In this document: in pieces, positions 54,690 through 64,000 of the stretch
Layout of the letters: each line of letters opens with the position of its first letter
Position numbering within the stretch: position 1 is the stretch's first letter
Assembly: GCA_001179505.1 (NCBI GenBank)
Contig: CDMY01000268.1
Span: 62,001 to 126,000, forward strand
Source of the DNA: Vitrella brassicaformis CCMP3155
Lineage: Eukaryota; Protista; Chromerida
Reading direction: 5' to 3'
Length of the DNA stretch: 64,000 bases
The notes under the pieces: model-generated
What the model was told of the DNA's origin: nothing
Seen by the model: only the letters and a program-made list of their open reading frames with translations
Databases searched by the model: none
Translations under genes and position numbers: made by a program

Positions 54690-55432
54690 TGCTTTGCTGG
54701 GTGGACTGCGTGTATGCATGGCAGAGCAGAGAGTCAGTCAGGTGGTGCGCTGTATCCATCCGTCCGTCCGTCTGTGCCGTCATTCACTCGTGGCATGACT
54801 GACATGTCTGGCGAGTGAGTATTTTTTGATGCAGCCAGCCAGCCATTCATTCAGTGGAAGGATTGTTTCCATGAGTGACTTACTTGTGTGTCCTTAAACG
54901 TCCCCGATGAACACATACACAGACGCACACACACACACACGCGTGTGTGCACAAAATGCCATTTGGCTCATCCAATGGACGCCTCTCTCACACCATCTGT
55001 CTGTCTGTCTGTCTGTCTGCCGTATGCGGACACACCACATCGCACCAAATCAATCAATAATGAATCTCTCTGTGTCGTCATTATTCATTCATCAGTGGCT
55101 TTGCCCTGCAGCGGCAGAAATATTTTTTGATGAAGCCCATGGACTCACAATGGACCACACCTGCGTGTCCTTGAAGTGTGGGCGTCCTTAAGTGGCCACA
55201 TGGGACGACTACACACACACACCAGCCATCTGTCTCTCATCTGATGGACGTCTCACCCACACACTGTCTGTCTGTCTGTCTGCTTTATCTGCGGACAGAC
55301 CACATCGCACCAATGACGTGGACACACCGAACACAGAGGGCCGAGAACAGAGAGGCCTCACAGCTGAATAAAGGCAATACGCAGACAGCCATCCGAGACC
55401 CCTCAAGTAATCTGACCTTTCGGGCCTCACAC

Positions 55433-58400
55433 TCACACCACAGTCAGCACCTCTATCTCGTCAGCCATGAAGTGCTCACTGCCCCCAAACACAGCATTGC
55501 CACGGTCATCCCTCACCCCCACATAGCCCTCAGGCACATACTGCCTGGGAATCGACTGACGGCAGCTGCGCATATCATCAGCAGTGCCATATCCCAAACA
55601 TAGGCACCCACCGATCCCATCTATCCTCAGCTTCCCCACTGTCCCCTCCCGCCCGGCCACATATACTAACCTCCTGTCATCCAGCATCTTGGTCGGCTTC
55701 TCGAAGTGGCCGCTCAGAGAGAAATCGTACACATAACAGGAGTAGTCGTTGTAGCCTTTTGGGTCGTGGGGCAGCTGGATGCCGGCACTCATATAGACGC
55801 CGAAGACGTACTTGTCCTTGCGGATGACGAACACCAGGCCCTTCGTGTCACCCACACACCTTAGGAAATCATCGAACGATGGCCCATCACGTGTGGCCCT
55901 GCACATAGAAAGGCGGGAGAGAGAGAGAGAGAGAGAGCGATGGACGATATCAATGGTCCAGGACAACCGCACCTGTAAATGAGTTTCAGTCTGTCCACAG
56001 CTGTCCGTCCGACGAAGCGATAGAGTGCCGCCGACTGGAGCGGATCAAAATCTGCACCCTCCATCACCTGCAACGACAAACAACAGGACGTCGATGCCGC
56101 TCTCTCTTGCTAATGTGTGTGTGACCTTGAGTGAGAGCAGTGAACGGCCGTCGACACAAATCACCTCCACTTCATCGGCCATGAAGTACTCACTGCCCCC
56201 AAACACAGCATCGCCATACTCGTCCCTCACCCCCACATAGCCATCAGGCACAAGACATCCGGCGATGGACTGACGGCAGCTGCGCATATCAATAACAGCG
56301 CCACCCTCACATCCCAACCTCAGCCCATCGATCTCCAGCTTTCCCCCCCAATTCACTGTCCCGTCTCGCCCCGCCACCCACACAAAGATGCCACCCCCCA
56401 TCTTTGTCGGTTCATTGAAGTGGCCGGCCAGTGAGAAATTCCTCACATGACAGCAGTATCCCTTCTCGCCTTTTGGGTCGTCGGGCAGCCGGATCCCGCC
56501 ACTGATGAAGGCGCCGAAGACGTACTTGTCCTTGCGGATGATGAACACCAGGCGGTTCGCATCGTCGACACACCGCAGCAAATCACCATACAGTGGCCCG
56601 TCACGCGAGGCCCTGTGAGTACGCGAAAAATGGAAGGGACCAAATGCTGCTAATTGGAGTCCTTGTGTGTGCTGTGTGTCGCACCTGTACAGCAGAGAGA
56701 ATTCACATTCGTCGAACACGGATGGGACGAAGAGGGAGCGGAGGGCTGCACACTCAGACTCACTCAGACTGCTGCCAACGACCATCTGCAAGCAACGAGA
56801 GAGGTGAAGAACTGGGCTGATTCATGCCAATGGAGATTCTCACTTGGGGATCATGCGACTGGTCATCCTCGTCTGTCGTGCTGCCAGTTGAGAGGGCCGT
56901 GGTGTCAGCCGCCGCACCGTCAGATATGCTTATGACGTCACCATCGTCCTGATACAAGTGAATGAGGATATACGAATGAATTGCGGCCCTCTTTGTCTTA
57001 GCTGCCTGTTGTCTGTCTGACCTCTGGTATGTCACTGAGGCGATCGTCGGCAGTCACTGTGAACACAGACTTGACCGACGACCGAGACCACACCTGCACA
57101 CACAAACTCACAATGCCTCCCCGTCTGTGTGGGTGTCCATTTGATTGCAGTCCACTCACCACAGACGGCGGCCCCTCTCGGTGGCTGCGATTCTCATCCT
57201 TGTGGATCTTGGCTGGCGGCCTCTCGTTGGTCAGTCGACTCTCTGACGGTACCATCTGCACGGCAACAGGGACAGATCAAACAAGGCGCTTGTTCGCCAG
57301 CACATGAGTGTGCCCTGTGGTTTGCCTACGCTCATGGTGTTTCTCCCTGATGTTTGCGATTGCTGGTCGAGCGGGATATCAGTGGATTGCTGGTGCTGCT
57401 CGCAGTTGCTGTTGTGGTCGAAGGTGACAATGGCGCACGGGAACCATCGGGCGTGTCCGGCGTGGGCGCCCTTGATGCAAGTGCCGTACATCCAGCCCTT
57501 GCTGCCGCGGCTGTCCGTGTGCGTCACAGACACTCGGTCACCGCAGCTCAGCAGCAGCAAGGCAGACTGACAGCCCTCCGGGTGAGAAGGGGGGTAAAAA
57601 TCTGAGCACACAACCAAACACACAACAACGTGTCGTGTGTGACATCCATCTTTGTGTGCAGCCAGCCGCACCTTCTGTGACGGTGCCGATGGCGGGTCTG
57701 GTCAGCTCGCACGGTGTCGGTGGCGCACTGTCGTCATGCTGTCCTGCGGGCTTGTGGCGGCTCGCAGGAAACGGGCTACGAAGACACACACACACACGCA
57801 CACACGTGTTGCTCAGGTGATGTCCGTACCTCTCGTTGGTCAATCGGCTCTCTGAGGGTGTCATCTGAACAACGTAAGGGACAATCAAATCAGCTACCGG
57901 TCCGCCAGATAGATGAGCACTGTTGGTTTGCTTACGCTCATAGTGTTTCGCCCCGAGTGCAGCGACTGCTGGTCCAGCGGTCGATCGCTGACAGCAGCAG
58001 CATCGTCGTCTGGTGGGTAGATGGCGGTCTGCAATCAACACAGCAGACACAAAGGCCATTTCTGCCGCAGCGTCAGCTCGGCGTCACTGACCGGTCCAAT
58101 GAAGCCATCCGCCAGCCGAAGTGCATCAGCAGCCGACTGGTGAGTGAGGGGCCTGGGTGGGGGATGGGGGTGGGGCGGAGGTATTGGGGAAGGGGGATGG
58201 GCACTGGCGGCAGCAGCTGCGGCAGGCACATGAGCCTCTTGTGTCGAGTACTGCGATTGCCGGTGCAGCGATCGATCACCGTCAGCGGCCGGTGGGATCT
58301 GCAGCCTATCGTTAGGACGACGGCCGATGAACCCATCTGCCACTCGCACCGCAGCGGACTCGTCAACCACTTGGCCCTGCAGGACAGCACAGGAGAAACA

Positions 58401-60952
58401 CACGTGCCGACAGAGCGCATCGTCTGACGTCCTACCTGCTGATCGCTGAGTCTTTCGCGGCTTGCTAGCGGTGCTGGGTCAGACTCAGTGCTCTGCGAGA
58501 AGAGAAACACACTACACTGGTTCAGCATGTGGGTGTGTTGGGCGCACCTGTCTGCTCAGTTTGTTCACGTTGGAAAGCTCCCCCTGTGTTGGCTGGTTGA
58601 TGAGGGGAACGGGCAGAGGGTGGGGGTGGGGCGGATGCACTGGGGAAGGGGAAGGGGCTGCTGGCGCAGTTGCTGCCGCAGCAGGCGCCTCTTCTGCGGC
58701 CTGAAAGAAGCACCAGATGGAGAGTGCCTTTAGTTCTGTTTTGTCTCTCACCGATGTGTGAGGTCCAGGTATGGCGTTGCTCCCAAAACGGACCCTTTCA
58801 CTGATGTCATTGGCAAGAAGACGCACCTGCGGGAGGCAGACAGGTGTGATCAGATACACATCAACCACACGTCAGACACACTTACGGTATCGCTCTGTGA
58901 CGCATCAGCATGAAGGGCATCCAGCTGGGGGGCCAGCAGCACAGCATCCTGATTGCCACAGACCATTCACATCCTCGCCCCTGCCTCTGCGTGCGTGTGG
59001 TTGTGTCAACGGCCAACCTCTTCTGGGATGACAGATCCCTCGTTGAGGCCTGCACGAACCGCGAGCAGGACGTCTTCAAGCGTCTGCTGGATGGACAGAC
59101 ACAAGCCATACACAAACAGGCGAGCTGCTCTCTTATCACAATACCTCTGGTGGATGCACGGCCGCCAGTGTGTCAGCTCCGCGCACTGCATGTATCCCTT
59201 CCTGGGCAGCCGGCTGGCCCACCGACTAAACGCAAAAGCATAGCACGCTCATGCCAGCGGCTTAGCGTCCGATGCACGCAGTGTTTGCCTACCGCCATCC
59301 CGTCGGTGCCATTGGTGCCTGCTGCAGCTGCAGCGGCAGCAGACTGGTGGGTGAGAGGAATGGGCATGTGCAGGTCCGGTTGGTGGGTAAGATGAAGGGG
59401 ATGCATCGGGGGATAGAAAGACGCTGCTGCCGCAGCCGACACAGATTGCCCGTCTTCGCGGCTCTGACAACCGCACAAAATATGTGTTCAGAACACAAGA
59501 AGACGAGTATGATGTGTCGATTTCTTGTCACCTGATCGGTTTGCTTCAACGCGCCTTGCGTGTCATCCGATGCGTCGGCTCCGCGCAGTGTGTGGATCCC
59601 TTCTTGCGGGAGAGCGTTGAAGTGTTGCTCGCCTATCATGCCGTCGGTGTCAATCGGGGGAGCGGGGAGGGCACTTGCGGCAGCGGCAGCAGCAGCGAGA
59701 GGCTGATCGGTCAAAGTAACACTCTGGACAACAGGCCAAGGCGACAGAGTGGCACTCGACCGTCAACTCATCCCCCGTCTGTGTGCTGTCTTTCCCACCT
59801 GGTTATATCTCTTCTTGACGCCACTGATCCACGTGTCGCTCGCCTTGAAGCCACTGATGCCCAGACGCCCGGCGATCTCCAGCGCCTCACGGCGAATGTG
59901 CTCCACGGGGATCCTGGTCGGGTCCTCATGGCCGGCCATCCACTGGCGCAGCTCGGCCTCGATCGGCTGATAGGGCGATTGTCTGATGCGCTTCTTTGCC
60001 TTGTCGATGGCGTCTTGTGCCTCGCTGCCGGCTGTCGAGCGAGAGCGCCAGTGCTTGAACTGGCTGAGAGTGATGCCCTTCTCGAGAGCGAAGGCCAGCT
60101 GGGTCAGCTTCTCTCCCTGTGCCCTCCGGCTGTCGAACTCGGCCAGCAGCGCCTCCCTCTCGCCGATCGCCACTTCCTTTGTCGATCTCTGTCGCCGCGG
60201 GGGCGGAAGGGATGACGCCCGCTGCCTCAGCGATCCCTCTGTTGGAAGAATGGGCGGAGGCGCACCAGCCATGAGTGGGTCGACGAAGGGGAGCTGGCCG
60301 TATGAGCAAGAAGGCTGCATTGAGAGGGGGACATTGGCCAGCGAGGGAAATGGGTAGCCGGCAGGAGGGAATGCTGCGAGGTGGTCCGGTGGGGGGAATG
60401 AAGGGGGAGCGGCGGGATGACCAAACGGCCATTGGGCTGCTGGTGGGTGAGTGTCCGGTAGTGGAAGTGAAAAATGATGGCTCGACGGCTGAAGGAAGCA
60501 GACAGAGACGTGACAAAAGGTGGAATGCAGTGAGGCACTCGCCCTCTGTCTCCTGCTCACCTGTGGCATTTCACGTCCATCGGTTTGCCCATCTGGCTGC
60601 AGCGATTCACTGACTGCCTCTCCTCTGCTGACGGCCGGAACACCTCGCTGGAGCAGATTGCCCTCACTCAGACCAGCTGCAAAGACAGCACACAAGGTGG
60701 TGGGTGGGTGTTCATTCTTTGTCTGCCCACCTGAGTCAGAATCATCGTGTGCAGGTGCGCCCTGCTGGTGCATCGGCGCTTGCTGCAGCGAAGAGAAAAG
60801 ACACTCAATGAAGCAGTCTGCTCACTGCTTGTCAGTGTGATGTGATTCACCACCTGGGCAGCGCTGCCATGAGTCACACGGTCAGCACCACCCAGTGCTT
60901 CACTCGGCCCACTCGGCTGCTGCTCGTCCGATGAGTAATGCTGATCTGCCAT
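55433..60952 (-). CDS. CENP-B/pogo-type double HTH + expanded linker + 2x TLDc protein (copy 3)
   Basis: ATG 60952 (MADQHYSSDEQQ). HTH lies within exon 59799-60488 (VAIGEREALLAEF...FKASDTWISGVKKRYNQ). The linker has internally duplicated exons, and two TLDc domains end EIEVLTVV* at 55433. Confidence 0.78.
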
Positions 60953-61210
60953 GAGTGACTGTCACGGTGGCAGACGCTCTGAAATGCAGAGCCGCCTATA
61001 GCGCCTTTTCGTAAAGGGCCTCTCGACCAGGTCGATCAGTTCGTATTTTCCTTCGCAGCTGAGCTGAATGGGCGATGTCTGGGCGGTCCCTGCAACACAC
61101 AAGGCAGAGAGAGGCTCACAGAAGGGATCATGCCGAGATCGGGTGTTGTAAGCTCGCAGATCTGGCAAGGGTGCTCCCTCACCGGTCTCTCTGCCACAAG
61201 GCTCGGCGTG

Positions 61211-62631
61211 ATGGCTGCGGCTGGCGGCGCTGATCATGATCATCTGCACTGCGGGATCTGCACCAGTCACTTGACAAGAAGTGGAAAGCACGAACCTCGG
61301 CAGCTCAGATGCGGTGAGTGAGTCAAGCATTGGGCGGGGAGAGGGCACGGAGCGCTGAGTGGCTCATGTGGTCTGCTTGCTCTGTGTGTTTTCCCGCAGG
61401 CCATTCTTTCTGCGCAGATGTAAGAAGCAGAGAGGCAGCTGCTGTTGCAGCCTCAGATCTGATGTCTGTATGATGTGTGTGTGTGTCAGTGTATCGGTGA
61501 CCTCTGCCGTCATGCCGCCAACAACACCATCGCATGCCCAAACCGATGCGGGTGAGGGAGACCGACACGCCTGATGCCCAAACCAGTCATCACATGTGTT
61601 CTGGGTTTTTGTTGATCACTCTCAGGGTGACCACTTCTGCCACCACCGAGGAGGTGCCCAAGAACTACCCCCTGGCGGCCGCAGTCGAGGCGAAAGAACA
61701 CCAAAGTACACACAGACATCCGCACGCGCACATACACGTGACACACGTACGACAGACTGCATGTGTGTGTGTGTAGGCCGTCAGCAGTTGGCTCTTCTCC
61801 ACAAGTGCGCCACCGCTGCCCACTCATTGACACCGCCGGAGGTGGCGCAGGTGATGCTGATGTGCGGCCTCTCACACGCGATGGACACTCTGCCGAACAT
61901 GCGCAGTCGTCTGCACGGCCACCTGACGGTAAGTGAGACCGACACACTCACACACGCCATCGATCAGCTGTATCTCCCCGTCTGTGTGTGGTCTGCAGTC
62001 GTTGGTTGAGGGCAGTACGGTCACCAGGCTGCACGAAATGTTTATCACCAAGTGGGCCAATGCGGGCAGCAAGTCACTCCGGCTGATCTACCGGTACAGC
62101 TGATGTCAACAACGTGGCCGACGGATGAAGCCATTGCATCTCTCTGCATGTGTGTGTGCCATTAGATCAACGCGTGATGGGCCGTCGTTCGATGATTTCC
62201 TGAGGTGTGTGGGTGACACGAAGGGCCTGGTGTTTCTCATCCGCAAGGACAAGTGCGTCTTCGGCGCCTTCATCAGTGCCGGCCTGCAGCTGCCCGACAA
62301 CCCAAGAGGCGAGAACAGATGCGACTGCAATGTGTGTCATTTCTCTCTGGCGGGCCACTTTAATGAACCGACCAAGTGGCGGGAATGCAGGCAGTCAGTG
62401 TGGGTGGCCGGGCGGGAGGGGACAGCGATTGGGGCGAATCTGTGGATCGGTGGGTGGCTGTGGTTGGGCTACGAGGATGGCGCTGCTGCTGATATGCGCA
62501 GCTGCTGTTATCTCACCCCCAGCCGTTATGTGCCTGATGGCTATGTGGGGGCGAGAGAGCATGGCGATGCTGTGCTTGGGGGCAGTCAGTTCTTCATGGC
62601 CGATGAGGTGGAGGTGCTGACTGTGGTGTGA
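61211..62631 (+). CDS. RING-HC (C3HC4) + TLDc protein, apparently intact
   Basis: MAAAGGADHDHLHCGICTSHLTRSGKHEPRQLRC, micro-exon 61400-61419 GHSFCAD, CIGDLCRHAANNTIACPNRC, VPKNYPL, then a helical linker and TLDc ending EVEVLTVV*. Exon structure is identical to the 1347-2789 gene. Confidence 0.85.
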
Positions 62632-63643
62632 CAGTGAGCTGCAGGTCAGATTGATTGATTGATTGAGTGACGCATGTCGTTTCTTGAGGTGTGTGCGGCT
62701 TTTATGAGGCCTCTTTTTCTCCCTCCGTGTCTGTCTGCGTCATCTATGTGTTGTGGTGCAGCCAAACAGTGGATGACACTGTGTGTCAGTGAGACACCTA
62801 TCAGACGAGAGCCACATGGTGTGGGTCTGTTTGTACTTCGATCATGGCCTATATAGCCCCAATGTCCCGGAGGTGTCGTTCTCTGTGTGTTGTTTGCAGA
62901 TCAGCCTCTGCTCGTATCTGTGTCTGTGCGTTGGTGTGTCTGATGCGGTGTCGCCTTTAGCAGTGGCCAGCCAGGATGCGACTCAGGCATGACTGTCTAT
63001 GTGAAGTAGTGCAAGTATGTGTGTCTGCTCCTGTGCACTCAAAGACCTGACGACCGACTCGTGTGTCTGTCATGAATTATCGATCGTTCCATCCACACCG
63101 ACTGAACAACACACCCTACACAGTCGGGTTTCCTTTTCTCAGGCAGTCTGCATCTGGATCGTGTCTCGCCGTCGTCAGGAGTATTCAACAGCCTCTTTCC
63201 CTCCGCAAGAGGCCGCACTCTCTCTCCTTCGATGTAGACTGGCGTGTCTCTCTGCATTTTGTCTGGTGAAGGTATCAAGCAGGAGACAGAGAGACAGACG
63301 GACAGACGGACAGACGGACAGACGGACGGCGAGGAAGGGAGGGAGGGAGAGAGAGAGAGAAGTACACAGACAGCATATTCAAGGCAAGGTATGACGACCA
63401 ATGGTCTGCCGCGCCAAGTCAGTGAGTCACACAGAGATTTACAGATCGATAGACATACATACATGTCGATTGACGACCGATTGTATACGTACATCAGATT
63501 GACTGACAGCCGTATGTCTCTCAGAAACACACAGGACCGACAAACGATCAAAGAACAAAGAGGCAGCATAGCCCCAACACCCTATGGGCCACAACACCAG
63601 CCACAACTTGTCACTCCCCTACGCGAATGGGGCGATCAGGTAG

Positions 63644-64000
63644 TCAAGTCGATTGCCCTCCCCCCGTGCCAACACTGCTGCCATCTTCTGCTGCTTGGGC
63701 TGTGAGCGCCGTCGTCGCGCTCGCAGCGGCAGCAGCTGCACTAGCGCTCCTCACAGCCTTCCGCCAATAGAGGAAATACCAGGTGGCCAGAGCACCCAGC
63801 AAAGTGACGGCAATCCCCCCGCCCAACAAGGCCCATCGGCGCCATTCCGGCGTACCCTCATCGGAACTCCCACTCCCAGCCTGTGCTGTGGGAGCCGCTG
63901 AAATGAAAGACAGACAGCACACACACGTGTCTCTGAATCAGTCCATAGATAAGTGGGTGTGTGTTTGTGTGCTCGACGGACTTACAGGCTCGTGCCTCGT
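63644..64000 (-). CDS. 3' end of a single-pass membrane protein gene (continues beyond window)
   Basis: Last exon 63644-63897 reads ...WRRWALLGGGIAVTLLGALATWYFLYWRK... (TM helix with basic stop-transfer) to GGGQST*. Upstream exon from 63986 with GTAAG donor. Confidence 0.65.

Larger units (their letters stand above)
46540..60950. repeat. Tandem segmental duplication, unit ~7 kb: [low-complexity gene ->][<- HTH-2xTLDc gene] x2
   Basis: 46.5-52.9 kb and 53.4-60.9 kb share gene order, orientation, exon sequences and 3' flanks (47620-48000 vs 54690-55020). 37.5-41.4 kb is a third copy of the HTH-TLDc half. Confidence 0.8.

Noticed and set aside
193-56653. Long antisense ORFs opposite TLDc and HTH exons (e.g. 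193-690, 2232-2840, 48782-49441)
   Set aside because: They mirror GC-rich sense codon usage, recur only because the sense exons are paralogous, and show no domain signal.
40285-60200. Active pogo/Tigger transposons at the three HTH loci
   Set aside because: No DDE domain, TIRs or TSDs were seen, and the HTH exons are embedded in intron-rich genes ending in TLDc.

Overview
Intron-dense eukaryotic nuclear DNA. The intron style and the TLDc family suggest a chromerid alveolate such as Vitrella brassicaformis; this is inference, no search was run. (1) 3.5-37.1 kb holds one giant multi-exon gene for a predicted secreted protein: signal peptide, N-terminal FN3-like repeats, three PA14-like domains interleaved with filamin/Ig-like repeats, then about 40 FN3 repeats by manual count, with no C-terminal membrane anchor. 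Four 300-N gaps interrupt it. (2) A TLDc gene cluster contains nine TLDc domains in two architectures that I reconstructed by manual splicing. RING-HC + TLDc occurs on the + strand (1347-2789 with a premature TAG, 61211-62631 intact, and a partial copy at 1-654 whose N-terminus lies outside the window). A CENP-B/pogo-type double HTH DNA-binding module fused through a low-complexity linker to two tandem TLDc domains occurs on the - strand (37652-41444, 48989-52910, 55433-60952). (3) The window also has two paralogous low-complexity genes within a ~7 kb segmental duplication, two degenerate genes, a 328-bp-period direct repeat, a highly structured ~235-nt non-coding element with a (GAAT)4 tail, and the 3' end of a membrane protein gene. 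Introns show polar, self-complementary (CA)n(GA)n...(CT)n(GT)n microsatellites and unusually many GC donors. No rRNA, tRNA or CRISPR array was recognised. Most short ORFs in the supplied track are microsatellite or antisense artefacts.
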